The notes under the pieces are model-generated. The model saw only the letters and a program-made list of their open reading frames with translations. It made no database searches and was not told the origin of the DNA. This document shows, in pieces, positions 1 to 11,293 of a stretch of 47,695 nt of DNA (its first letter is position 1; every line of letters starts with the position of its first letter). This DNA comes from Burkholderiales bacterium (GTDB taxonomy: Bacteria; Pseudomonadota; Gammaproteobacteria; Burkholderiales; Burkholderiaceae_C): assembly GCA_038249735.1 (NCBI GenBank), contig JBBSDB010000001.1:1-47695 (forward strand). Reading direction: 5' to 3'. The position numbers were made by a program, and so were the translations under genes.

Positions 1-1668
1 TCGCATCCCATTGAAGTGATCGAAGGCCCGCTCATGCGTGGCATGAACGTGGTCGGTGATCTCTTCGGCGAAGGGAAACTGTTCCTGCCGCAGGTGGTGA
101 AAAGCGCGCGCGTGATGAAGCAGGCGGTGGCGCATCTGCTGCCCTACATCGAGGCAGAAAAAGCGGCGCAGGAAGCGGCGGGCGCCGATGTGCAGGCCAA
201 GGGCCGCATCGTGATCGCGACCGTGAAGGGCGATGTGCACGACATCGGCAAAAACATCGTCACCGTGGTCTTGCAATGCAACAACTTCGAGGTGGTGAAC
301 ATGGGCGTGATGGTGCCCGCCCACGAAATTCTGGCGAAGGCCAAGGCCGAGGGGGCCGACATGGTGGGCCTCTCCGGCCTGATCACGCCCAGCCTGGAAG
401 AGATGCAGTACGTGGCCAGCGAAATGGAAAAAGACCCGCATTTCCGCGATGCCCAGGTACCGCTGCTGATCGGTGGCGCCACCTGCAGCCGCGTGCACAC
501 CGCCGTGAAAATCGCGCCGCATTACAGCGGCCCTGTGGTGTATGTACCCGACGCCTCGCGCAGCGTGAGCGTGGCGCAAAGCCTGATCGGCGACGGTCGG
601 GTGCAATACCTGGCCGAGCTGAACGCCGACTACGAAAAAGTGCGGCAGCAACACGCCAACAAAAAGCAGATTCCGCTTTGGCCACTGACCAAGGCGCGAG
701 CCAACAAAACGCCGCTGGACTGGTCTGCTTACCTGCCCCCGAAGCCGAAGTTCACCGGCAAGCGCGTGTTCAAAAACTTCGACCTCGCCGAGCTGGCCAA
801 GTACATCGACTGGGCCCCGTTCTTCCAGACCTGGGACCTGGCCGGCCCGTACCCCGCCATCCTCGCCGACTCGGTAGTGGGCGAGCAGGCCACCAAGGTG
901 TTTGCCGATGCGCAGGCGATGCTCAAGAAGATCATCGAAGGGCGCTGGCTGAGCGCCAACGGTGTGATCGGTCTCTATCCGGCAAACGCCGCGCGCGACG
1001 ACGACATCGCGCTCTACACCGACGAGACGCGCAGCGAAGTTGCACTCACCTGGTATGGCCTGCGCCAGCAAACCGAGAAGCAGGCCATTGACGGCCCGGA
1101 CGGAAAGCCCGTGATGCGGCCCAGCCGCTGCCTGGCCGATTTCGTCGCGCCCCAGGGCGTGGCGCCCGACTACGTGGGCATGTTCGCCGTCACGGCTGGC
1201 CTGGGGGGCGAGAAAAAAGAGAAGCAGTTCATCGCCGCCAACGACGACTACAGCGCGATCCTGTTCAAGTCCCTGGCCGACCGCCTGGCCGAGGCGTTTG
1301 CCGAGTGCCTGCACCACCGCGTGCGCACCGATCTCTGGGGCTACGCGGCCAACGAAGCCCTGACCAGCGAGGAGCTGATCAAGGAAAAGTACCAGGGCAT
1401 TCGCCCCGCGCCCGGTTACCCGGCCTGCCCGGACCACTCGGTCAAGCGCCAGATGTTCGAGGTCTTGGCCTGCGACGAGATCGGTATGGGCCTCACCGAA
1501 AGCCTGGCCATGACGCCAGCCGCCAGCGTCAGCGGTTTTTACCTGAGCCATCCCGAGAGCACCTACTTCAATGTGGGCAAGGTGGGCGACGACCAGGTGG
1601 CCGACCTGGCGGCGCGCAGCGGCGTGGCCGAGGCCGAATTGCGGCGCTGGATCGGCACCGGTTTGTGA
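1..1668 (+). CDS. metH: Cobalamin-dependent methionine synthase, C-terminal part (cap, B12-binding and AdoMet activation domains); 5'-truncated by window
   Basis: B12-binding motif [23 protein letters not shown], activation-domain [12 protein letters not shown]; frame is open back to base 1 ([12 protein letters not shown]). Confidence 0.97.
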   Translation, partial: SHPIEVIEGPLMRGMNVVGDLFGEGKLFLPQVVKSARVMKQAVAHLLPYIEAEKAAQEAAGADVQAKGRIVIATVKGDVHDIGKNIVTVVLQCNNFEVVNMGVMVPAHEILAKAKAEGADMVGLSGLITPSLEEMQYVASEMEKDPHFRDAQVPLLIGGATCSRVHTAVKIAPHYSGPVVYVPDASRSVSVAQSLIGDGRVQYLAELNADYEKVRQQHANKKQIPLWPLTKARANKTPLDWSAYLPPKPKFTGKRVFKNFDLAELAKYIDWAPFFQTWDLAGPYPAILADSVVGEQATKVFADAQAMLKKIIEGRWLSANGVIGLYPANAARDDDIALYTDETRSEVALTWYGLRQQTEKQAIDGPDGKPVMRPSRCLADFVAPQGVAPDYVGMFAVTAGLGGEKKEKQFIAANDDYSAILFKSLADRLAEAFAECLHHRVRTDLWGYAANEALTSEELIKEKYQGIRPAPGYPACPDHSVKRQMFEVLACDEIGMGLTESLAMTPAASVSGFYLSHPESTYFNVGKVGDDQVADLAARSGVAEAELRRWIGTGL

Positions 1669-1680
1669 CCGCTGCGACCC

Positions 1681-1712
1681 CAAAAAATCCCCGCGGACGC
1701 TGGGTTTTTTTG
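1681..1712 (+). terminator. Probable intrinsic terminator after metH
   Basis: CAAAAAATCCC...GGGTTTTTTTG hairpin flanked by A and T tracts. Confidence 0.6.
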
Positions 1713-1910
1713 TGGTCTCGCGAAAGCGGATCCGAAACAAGGGTCGGGTTGTCGGGAGCGTTACTGCGCGGTTTGCAACGGCTCACTGCCCCGACGTGCG
1801 GCCCATCCGACCGCCCGTCTCGGCACCGCGCCCGCTGGTGTGGCGGTGCTGTGCCGCTTTGCCGGAGGGTGCTAGAACCGGCGCAAACGGGCATTCAGCG
1901 AGCAAGAATC

Positions 1911-2801
1911 ATGGCGGTTTGTGAGGCATGTGGCACGAAAAACAGGGAGAAGGCGCGGTTCTGCCTCGGCTGCGCTCAGGCGCTCGCGCCGTTGACCGAC
2001 GCGGGGCCTGAGGTCTCGACAGTGGCTGCGGTGGCGGTTGCGGGCGGACCGGTGCAAACCTGCCCAGTCTGTCAGATCGCCAACCCACTGGCGGCCACCG
2101 TGTGCAAGTCTTGCCGGAGCTCGCTGGTGCCCGATGTGGTCAAGGCATCGGCAGCGGTGAACCGGCCCGCTTCCCGGGGCCTGGCATTCAAGGCGTTGGG
2201 CGTGATTGGCGTGGGGCTGCTGGCGGTAGCGGTTTGGTGGTGGGGCGCTCAAGGGATCACCGGCCACGCGCTGGCGCTGACCAGTTCACCCCCGTTGTCG
2301 CAAGCGGCAGCGCCCACCTTGTCTGCGGTGCCAGCGAGCACAGCTGTCGCCCTCGGCGCGGCGCCTGCGCCGCCGCAAGTTGCAAGCGTCTCGGCTGATC
2401 AAGCCATACCCAGCTTGGAGGAAAAAGCGGCCAGTGAGAAGGCGCGCGCCAAGCGACAGGCCGCTGCTCAGGCCCGCCTTGACCAAGCCGCGCGGGAGCG
2501 CGCAGCCACCGAGGAGAGAGGTCGCGCAGCCATGGTGCTGGAGCAACAGCGGGCCGAGGAGGCGGCGCGTTTAAAGGCGGCGGCAGAGGCTGCGCAACGG
2601 GCGGTGGTTGCCAAGGCTGCACAACCAGCGCCAGCGCCAGTGGTGAAAACGGTGGAGCAGACCTGCGCCAGCAGCGGCAACTTCTTCTCGCGCGAAGCCT
2701 GCCGGCTGCGCAGCTGTGGCGATGCGTCCTTCGCAAACGACCCTGTCTGCGTGCGTTTCCGTGAGATGGAAGCGAGCAACCGGCGCGCGGTGATGAACTG
2801 A
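1911..2801 (+). CDS. Double zinc-ribbon membrane protein with coiled-coil stalk and C-terminal 4-Cys domain
   Basis: ATG 1911 (MAVCEACG..FCLGC; CPVCQ..VCKSC), one TM segment (ALGVIGVGLLAVAVWWWG), Ala/Glu/Arg-rich helix, C-terminal C..C..C..C. Confidence 0.8.
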   Translation: MAVCEACGTKNREKARFCLGCAQALAPLTDAGPEVSTVAAVAVAGGPVQTCPVCQIANPLAATVCKSCRSSLVPDVVKASAAVNRPASRGLAFKALGVIGVGLLAVAVWWWGAQGITGHALALTSSPPLSQAAAPTLSAVPASTAVALGAAPAPPQVASVSADQAIPSLEEKAASEKARAKRQAAAQARLDQAARERAATEERGRAAMVLEQQRAEEAARLKAAAEAAQRAVVAKAAQPAPAPVVKTVEQTCASSGNFFSREACRLRSCGDASFANDPVCVRFREMEASNRRAVMN

Positions 2802-2845
2802 AGGGTCTCTGCGCGCGCGCTCTTTTTTTGAACGCAGCCCTGCCG

Positions 2846-4402
<1,557 letters not shown>

Positions 4403-4468
4403 GGTGTGAAAACTCCCTATTTTGGTGCGTGGCGATCGACGGTGACGCCGCGATGCCCGTGTGTTGTA

Positions 4469-4485
4469 TGCACGGAAAAGGTGCG
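4469..4485 (+). promoter_or_regulatory. Putative NtrC binding site upstream of glnK
   Basis: TGCAC-GGAAAAG-GTGCG fits GCAC-N7-GTGC, about 175 bp upstream of a sigma54 promoter. Confidence 0.65.
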
Positions 4486-4658
4486 CGATCAGGGCCAGGC
4501 GGCTGGGACTGGCGCTCGATCGCGTACCTGAGCGGAAATCATGGCACAGCGGCTGGCTCATGGCCCCACCCCGATGGGGGACGCAACACCTGCGCGCCCA
4601 CTGTCTGAGGCGTTTCAACCACAGCCGACGCCTTGCCCACGGCGGCAAGCCGACGGGC

Positions 4659-4674
4659 TGGCACGAACCCTGCT
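4659..4674 (+). promoter_or_regulatory. Sigma54 (-24/-12) promoter of glnK-amtB
   Basis: TGGCAC-GAACC-CTGCT with correct GG-N10-GC spacing; glnK-amtB is an established RpoN/NtrC target. Confidence 0.8.
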
Positions 4675-4681
4675 TGGGTGA

Positions 4682-5095
<414 letters not shown>

Positions 5096-5124
5096 AACCC
5101 GACCGCACAGAAAAGAGCACCAAC

Positions 5125-6540
5125 ATGAAAAAGCTGATTGTTTCCCTCACGCTGGGCCTGAGCCTGGCCCTGGGTGGCCTCTCCGCCATCGCCCAGACCG
5201 CGTCCGAGGCGCCGATTGCTGTGGCACAGGTTGTCGCACCGGCAGACACCGCCGCGGCACCCGCCGCAGCCGAGGCGGCACCGGCCGCCGCTGAAGCCGC
5301 TCCCAAAGAAACCGTGGACAAAGGCGATGTCACCTGGATGATGATCTCCACCGTGCTGGTGATCATGATGGTGATCCCCGGCCTGGCCCTGTTCTACGGT
5401 GGCCTGGTGCGCAGCAAAAACATGCTGTCGGTGCTGATGCAGGTGATGGTGGTCTTCTCGATGATCTCCATTCTCTGGGCCGTCTACGGCTACAGCCTGA
5501 CCTTCGGTGGTGAGGGGCTGATCTTCGGCGACCTGAGCAAAGCGTTCCTGATTGGGGTCACGCCAGACTCGCTGGCCGCCACCTTCACCCCCGGCGTGAT
5601 GATTCCTGAGTACATCTTCATCGCCTTCCAGTGCACCTTCGCCGGCATCACCTGCGCGCTGATCGTGGGTTCGTTCGCCGAGCGCATCAAGTTCGGTTCG
5701 GTGCTGCTGTTCTGCGCGCTGTGGTTCACCTTCAGCTACATCCCGATCGCCCACATGGTCTGGGCAACTGGCGGCTACCTGTTCGACAAAGGCGCGCTTG
5801 ATTTTGCTGGCGGCACCGTGGTGCATATCAACGCGGCCATGGCCGGTCTGGTCGGTGCTTACGTGCTGGGCAAGCGGATTGGCTACGGCAAGGAAGCCAT
5901 GGCACCGCACAGCCTGACCCTGACCATGGTGGGTGCCTCGCTGCTGTGGGTGGGCTGGTTCGGCTTCAACGCCGGCTCCAACCTGGAAGCCAACGGCGGT
6001 ACCACCCTGGCCTTCATCAACACGCTGTTTGCCACTTCTGCGGCTGTGTTGGCTTGGTGCGTTGGTGAAGCGATGAGCAAGGGCAAGGCCTCGATGCTGG
6101 GTGCGGCTTCTGGCGCGGTGGCTGGCTTGGTGGCAATCACCCCGGCCTGCGGCACCGTGGGCCCGATGGGCGCCATCGCCATCGGTCTGATCTCTGGCTT
6201 CCTGTGCCTGTGGGGCGTGACCGGTCTGAAGAAAATGCTGGGTGCGGACGACTCGCTCGATGTGTTCGGCGTGCACGGCGTGGGCGGCATTGTGGGCGCG
6301 CTGCTGACCGGCGTGTTCTCTGCTGCCTCGCTGGGTGGCGTGAAGGGCGGCGACTACTCGATCGGCAGCCAGATGATCGTGCAGGCCGAGGGCGTGCTGA
6401 TCACCATGGTGTGGTCTTCGGTGGTGGCCTTCATCTGCTTCAAGATCGTTGACATGATCATGGGCTTGCGCGTGTCTGAGGAGGCCGAACGCGAAGGCCT
6501 GGACATCACTTCGCACGGCGAGACCGCTTACAGCCGCTGA
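5125..6540 (+). CDS. amtB: Ammonium transporter
   Basis: Signal peptide MKKLIV..AIA; PGLALFYGG, DFAGGTVVH, WVGWFGFNAGS, DDSLDVFGVHG (twin His). Confidence 0.97.
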   Translation: MKKLIVSLTLGLSLALGGLSAIAQTASEAPIAVAQVVAPADTAAAPAAAEAAPAAAEAAPKETVDKGDVTWMMISTVLVIMMVIPGLALFYGGLVRSKNMLSVLMQVMVVFSMISILWAVYGYSLTFGGEGLIFGDLSKAFLIGVTPDSLAATFTPGVMIPEYIFIAFQCTFAGITCALIVGSFAERIKFGSVLLFCALWFTFSYIPIAHMVWATGGYLFDKGALDFAGGTVVHINAAMAGLVGAYVLGKRIGYGKEAMAPHSLTLTMVGASLLWVGWFGFNAGSNLEANGGTTLAFINTLFATSAAVLAWCVGEAMSKGKASMLGAASGAVAGLVAITPACGTVGPMGAIAIGLISGFLCLWGVTGLKKMLGADDSLDVFGVHGVGGIVGALLTGVFSAASLGGVKGGDYSIGSQMIVQAEGVLITMVWSSVVAFICFKIVDMIMGLRVSEEAEREGLDITSHGETAYSR

Positions 6541-6559
6541 CCTCGCTTTTTTCTCCAGC

Positions 6560-6595
6560 AACCCCGCGAGGCCCTTGGCCCGCGGGGTTTTTTTT
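6560..6595 (+). terminator. Intrinsic terminator after amtB
   Basis: AACCCCGCG...CGCGGGGTT stem followed by a T run. Confidence 0.85.
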
Positions 6596-6696
6596 GGGCA
6601 ATGGTTCACTGACAGGCGGGCCTCACCAGTGCAAGATTCGGCACTCAATTCACACCGAAGCCATTTCGCAGCCGCCACAGCACCCAGGGAGCCGCC

Positions 6697-6954
6697 ATGT
6701 CACCACACCGTTCGTCTCGCATGGCCGTCCATGTCGCGGCCCTGTTGATCGCCGCCGCTTTGGGGACCGCCCAGGCGGCTGCGAACAGCCCGAAATCCCA
6801 GAGCGGGGCAGCAACCCCTGCCAAGAAGCTGCCGGGCAAGGTCACTTTCCGGGAAGCACCTTCGGCCGAGAAGCCGGCTTCCCGCGCCAAGCGCCTCAAG
6901 CGGGAATGCAAAGGCCGGCCCAATGCCGGCATGTGTCTGGGCCACGCCAGCTGA
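6697..6954 (+). CDS. Small secreted hypothetical protein with a C-terminal Cys pair
   Basis: GGGAG RBS before ATG 6697 (alternative start 6721); signal peptide ending AQA; basic tail ECKGRPNAGMCLG. Confidence 0.65.
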   Translation: MSPHRSSRMAVHVAALLIAAALGTAQAAANSPKSQSGAATPAKKLPGKVTFREAPSAEKPASRAKRLKRECKGRPNAGMCLGHAS

Positions 6955-7097
6955 TCTCGATTCGCCTTCAAGGCGATACCGGCGGCCTCTCGCCTGGTTT
7001 TCACTGTGAATACAAACCGGTGTGAATCCAGGTCGGGGCGCGGGATTGCACGCCGCGATGAAAAAAGCTCAACGTGGCCGGCTGGGTGCTCGGTACC

Positions 7098-8231
7098 ATG
7101 GCGAGCATGTCTTCATACGCTGAAATCGCTCCCCAGGCCTTGATGGATCAGGTGCGCGTGGCCAGCGCCGCGCGCCAACCGCTGCGCATTGTGGGCGGTG
7201 ACACCAAGGTTTTCTACGGCGCACCGGGGGCTGGCGAGACGCTGGAGACCACCGGCTGGCAAGGCATCGTCAGTCACGAGCCCACCGAACTGGTGGTGAC
7301 CGTGCGAGCCGGCACACCGCTGGCGGAGCTGGAGGCCGTGTTGCTTGAGAAGGGCCAGTGTCTGCCGTTTGAGCCGCCGAGGTTTGGCCCGGCGTCCACC
7401 ATTGGCGGTGTGGTGGCTGCTGGTCTGTCTGGCCCGGCGCGCGCCACCGCCGGCGGGGTGCGCGATTACGTGCTTGGCGTGCGCTTCATCGACGGGCGCG
7501 GCGAGTGGCTGACCTTTGGCGGCCAGGTGATGAAAAACGTGGCGGGCTACGACGTCAGCCGCGTCATGGCCGGCAGCCTGGGCACGCTGGGTGTCATCAC
7601 CGACATTTCGCTCAAGATCTTGCCGGTGGCACCCGCCGAGGCCACGCTGGTGTTTGCGCTCGGGCAGCACGATGCGCTGGAGCAGCTGCACCGCTGGGGT
7701 GGCCAGCCGCTGCCGATCAACGCCAGTTGCTGGCGGTCTGATCCCCAGGCCGATGGCGCATCAGACCGCCTGCGCGTGCGTCTGAGAGGCGCGGTCGCGG
7801 CCGTGGACGCGGCCTGTGAGCGCATGGTGCGTGAGGCACAAGGTCGTCGCATCGACAACAGTCAAGCCGTTGACGATTGGGCAGCGTGTCGCGACCAGAC
7901 CTTGCCGTTCTTCAACGTCCCTTCGCCCGATCTTTGCCTGTGGCGCCTGGCTGTGCCGCAGACCGCGCCGGTGCTGCCGCTGCCCTATGCCCAACTGGTC
8001 GAGTGGCAAGGCGCGCAGCGCTGGCTCTGGGCGCCGGCCTCGGCGGCGAGTGAGATTCGTGCGGCAACCGCAGCCGTGAACGGGCATGCCATGCTGTTCC
8101 GTGCCGCTGCCAACGGCGCGCCCAACGTGCCGCGCTTCGACCGCCAGAGCGCAGCCATCGAAACCATCACCCAACGGTTGCGAGCCGAGTTCGACCCCGC
8201 CGGTATCTTCAACCCGAACCGGATGGGCTAA
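7098..8231 (+). CDS. glcE: Glycolate oxidase FAD-binding subunit
   Basis: GGDTK, ELVVTVRAGTPL, FGGQVMKNVAGYDVSR, FDPAGIFNP; start 7098 or 7107. Confidence 0.93.
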   Translation: MASMSSYAEIAPQALMDQVRVASAARQPLRIVGGDTKVFYGAPGAGETLETTGWQGIVSHEPTELVVTVRAGTPLAELEAVLLEKGQCLPFEPPRFGPASTIGGVVAAGLSGPARATAGGVRDYVLGVRFIDGRGEWLTFGGQVMKNVAGYDVSRVMAGSLGTLGVITDISLKILPVAPAEATLVFALGQHDALEQLHRWGGQPLPINASCWRSDPQADGASDRLRVRLRGAVAAVDAACERMVREAQGRRIDNSQAVDDWAACRDQTLPFFNVPSPDLCLWRLAVPQTAPVLPLPYAQLVEWQGAQRWLWAPASAASEIRAATAAVNGHAMLFRAAANGAPNVPRFDRQSAAIETITQRLRAEFDPAGIFNPNRMG

Positions 8232-8234
8232 AGC

Positions 8235-9467
8235 ATGCAAACCCAGCTCTCCCCCGAATACAAAAACACAGCCGACGGCCAGGCCGCCGAAGCGATATTG
8301 CGCAAGTGCGTGCACTGCGGTTTCTGCACTGCCACATGCCCGACGTACCAGCTGCTGGGCGACGAGCTCGATGGGCCGCGAGGGCGCATCTATTTGATGA
8401 AGCAGGTGTTGGAGGGCGCCGAGCCCACGCGCAAAACGCAGATGCACCTGGACCGCTGCCTGACCTGCCGCAACTGCGAAACCACCTGCCCAAGCGGTGT
8501 CGACTACGGACATTTGATCGACATCGGCCGCAAGCTGGTGGACGCCAAAGTGCCGCGCCCGGCGAGCGAACAAGCCGTGCGCTGGCTGCTCAAGGAAGGA
8601 CTGCCGTCACCGCTGTTCGGCCCGGCCATGAAACTGGGGCAGCTGGTGCGTCCACTCATGCCCGCAGCGTTGAAAAACAAGGTGCCCGCCAAGCAAGACG
8701 CAGGCGTCTGGCCCACGCAGACGCACGCCCGCAAAGTGCTGATGCTCGCGGGCTGTGTGCAACCCAGCATGATGCCCAACATCAACAGCGCCACCGCGCG
8801 CGTGCTCGATGCGGCTGGCATCCAGGCCGTGATCGCGCCCAAGGCGGGCTGCTGTGGCGCGGTGAAATTCCACCTGAACGACCAAGACGGCGGCAAGCGC
8901 GAGATGCGCGCCAACGTCGATGCCTGGTGGCCATCTGTCGAACGCGGTGTCGAGGCGATCGTGATGAACGCATCGGGCTGCGGCGTCACCGTCAAGGAAT
9001 ACGGTCACATCCTGGCCGACGATCCGGCCTACGCGGCCAAGGCGCAACGCATCAGCGAACTCACGAAAGACCTGAGCGAGCTGCTGCCCGAGCTGGTGCG
9101 GCTGCTGAAACCCAAACTGGTCAAGGCGCCCGACGCCAGCCAGGTGGTGGGCTTTCACCCGCCCTGCACCCTGCAGCACGGTCAGCAACTCAAGGGTGGT
9201 GTGGAGCACCATTTGAGCGCGCTGGGCTTCACCGTGATGGTGGCAAAAAACGAAGCGCATCTGTGCTGCGGCTCGGCCGGCACGTATTCGGTGTTGCAGC
9301 CCGAGCTGTCCTACCAATTGCGCGACCGCAAGCTTGAAAACCTGAGCGAACTGAAGCCAGCCGTCATCACCAGCGCCAACATCGGCTGCATCACGCATTT
9401 GCAAAGCGGCACCGAGACGCCGGTGCGGCACTGGGTCGAAATCCTCGACGACTCGCTGAGGGCTTGA
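8235..9467 (+). CDS. glcF: Glycolate oxidase iron-sulfur subunit
   Basis: Two CxxCxxCxxxCP motifs (CVHCGFCTATCP; CLTCRNCETTCP) and two CCG domains. Confidence 0.95.
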   Translation: MQTQLSPEYKNTADGQAAEAILRKCVHCGFCTATCPTYQLLGDELDGPRGRIYLMKQVLEGAEPTRKTQMHLDRCLTCRNCETTCPSGVDYGHLIDIGRKLVDAKVPRPASEQAVRWLLKEGLPSPLFGPAMKLGQLVRPLMPAALKNKVPAKQDAGVWPTQTHARKVLMLAGCVQPSMMPNINSATARVLDAAGIQAVIAPKAGCCGAVKFHLNDQDGGKREMRANVDAWWPSVERGVEAIVMNASGCGVTVKEYGHILADDPAYAAKAQRISELTKDLSELLPELVRLLKPKLVKAPDASQVVGFHPPCTLQHGQQLKGGVEHHLSALGFTVMVAKNEAHLCCGSAGTYSVLQPELSYQLRDRKLENLSELKPAVITSANIGCITHLQSGTETPVRHWVEILDDSLRA

Positions 9468-9495
9468 CCCCTTGAGCCGGGGGTAAGCTCACTTG

Positions 9496-9885
9496 ATGAT
9501 CCTCGCCCTCGCCACCCTGCTCGTGTTTCAACTCATTGGTGAGGCGCTGGTGCGGGCCCTGGCTGTTCCGGTGCCAGGCCCGGTGGTGGGCATGGCGCTG
9601 TTGTTGCTGGCTTTGGTGCTGCGCCCCGCTACGCTGCAGGCCATCCGGCCGACTACCCAGACCCTGTTGCAACACCTTTCGTTGCTGTTCGTGCCCGCTG
9701 GTGTGGGCGTGATGCTGCACCTGCAGCGCATGGGTGACGAGGCGCTGGCGATCGGAGTGGCGCTGGTGGTCAGTACCCTGGTGGGTCTGGCCAGCGCTGC
9801 GCTCACCATGGTCTGGTTGATGAAGCGTGGTGCTACGGGTTCTTCGCCACCCCAGCCACCGCCGGCAGCCGGAGGCACACCATGA
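9496..9885 (+). CDS. CidA/LrgA family membrane protein
   Basis: PVPGPVVGM, LSLLFVPAGVG; overlaps next start (ATGA). Confidence 0.9.
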   Translation: MILALATLLVFQLIGEALVRALAVPVPGPVVGMALLLLALVLRPATLQAIRPTTQTLLQHLSLLFVPAGVGVMLHLQRMGDEALAIGVALVVSTLVGLASAALTMVWLMKRGATGSSPPQPPPAAGGTP

Positions 9886-10640
9886 CCCCGGGCTTGCCAC
9901 TGGCGGGCGATGCGGTCGGCCGCCTCACCGACGTCTGGGTCTATCTCTCGGCCTCGCCGTTGCTGGGGCTGACCATCACGCTGCTGGTTTACCACGGCGC
10001 TTTTTTGGTCTACCAGCGCAGCGGTCTGCACCCGCTGGCCAACCCGGTGGCGCTGTCGGTGATCACGCTTTGCGCGCTGCTTTGGATCACCAACACGCCC
10101 TACGCCACCTACTTTGAAGGCGCGCAGTTTGTGCACTTTTTGCTCGGCCCGGCCACGGTGGCGCTGGCCGTGCCACTGTTTGAGCAGATGGCGCGCTTGA
10201 AACGCCTGTGGCTGCCGATGCTCGGCGCGCTGGTGGTGGGGACCTTGTCGGCCACGGTGACGGCCATCGGCGTGGCCTGGGCGCTGGGCGCGTCAAAAGA
10301 AACCATTGCCTCGCTGGCACCCAAATCGGTCACTGCGCCGGTGGCCATGGGCATCGCGGAAAAAATCGGCGGCCTCCCGACGCTGACCGCCGTGCTCGTG
10401 GTCTGCACCGGCATCCTCGGCGCGGCCAGCGCGCGGTACGTGTTTGATGCGCTGCGCATCCAGGACCCGTCGGTGCGCGGCTTCGCTCTCGGTACGGCAG
10501 CACACGGTATTGGCACTGCGCGCGCCTTTTTGGTCAACCCCGAGTCGGGAGCCTTCGCTGGTCTGGCGATGGGGCTGTGCGCGCTGTTCAGCGCGGTGGC
10601 GCTGCCGCTGGTGGCGGGTTTTCTGCTGCGCTGGATTTAG
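9882..10640 (+). CDS. LrgB family membrane protein
   Basis: LLGPATVALAVP, SLAPKSVTAPVAM, GTAAHGIGTA. Confidence 0.92.
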   Translation: MTPGLPLAGDAVGRLTDVWVYLSASPLLGLTITLLVYHGAFLVYQRSGLHPLANPVALSVITLCALLWITNTPYATYFEGAQFVHFLLGPATVALAVPLFEQMARLKRLWLPMLGALVVGTLSATVTAIGVAWALGASKETIASLAPKSVTAPVAMGIAEKIGGLPTLTAVLVVCTGILGAASARYVFDALRIQDPSVRGFALGTAAHGIGTARAFLVNPESGAFAGLAMGLCALFSAVALPLVAGFLLRWI

Positions 10641-10675
10641 ACACCCCGCGGCGACTTCACCGGCGAGGGGAATCG

Positions 10676-11155
10676 TCAAATCGCCGCTTCGATGTCCTTC
10701 GCCAGCTTCTCCGGCGCGTCCTGCGGCGCGTAGCGCTTGATCACGCGGCCGTCTTTGCCCACCAGGAACTTGGTGAAGTTCCATTTGATGGCCTTGCTGC
10801 CCAAGAGGCCAGGGGCTTCGGCGGACAGCCATTGGTACAGAGGATGTGCCTGAGTGCCGTTGACCTCTATCTTGCTCATCATGGGAAAGCTCACGCCGTA
10901 GTTCTTCTGGCAGAAGGTGGCGATTTCTTCGTTGCTGCCCTTGTCTTGGCTGCCAAACTGGTTGCACGGAAAACCGAGCACCACCAGACCACGATCGCCA
11001 TAGGTCTGGTGCAGCTTCTGCAGGCCGCCGAATTGCGGCGTGAAGCCACAGGCGCTGGCGGTGTTGACGATCAGCAGGGCCTTGCCCCGGTACTGCTCCA
11101 GCTTGACGGGCTGGCCCTCGATGGACTGGGCTTCGAAATCGTAGAGGCTGGACAT
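10676..11155 (-). CDS. Glutathione peroxidase family protein (Cys type)
   Basis: VNTASACG, GFPCNQF, KWNFTKFL. Confidence 0.95.
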   Translation of the reverse strand: MSSLYDFEAQSIEGQPVKLEQYRGKALLIVNTASACGFTPQFGGLQKLHQTYGDRGLVVLGFPCNQFGSQDKGSNEEIATFCQKNYGVSFPMMSKIEVNGTQAHPLYQWLSAEAPGLLGSKAIKWNFTKFLVGKDGRVIKRYAPQDAPEKLAKDIEAAI

Positions 11156-11293
11156 GCGGGGCTCCGGGTTGAGTGCAAACCTTCGATTGTGGCTTGGCGA
11201 GCAAGCCGGTGTGCGATCTCTGACAAATCGGGGCGCTGGCGTGGTGCGTTGTCGGGCCGTGCGGGCATACTGCGCGGGTTTATTTCACCGAAT

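Noticed and set aside
1305-1910. Long N-terminal extensions given by the ORF track (also 4403-4684, 10577-11293, 15796-16017, 40077-40319)
   Set aside because: They overlap other genes, terminators or repeats; downstream starts with RBS or family-typical N-termini fit better
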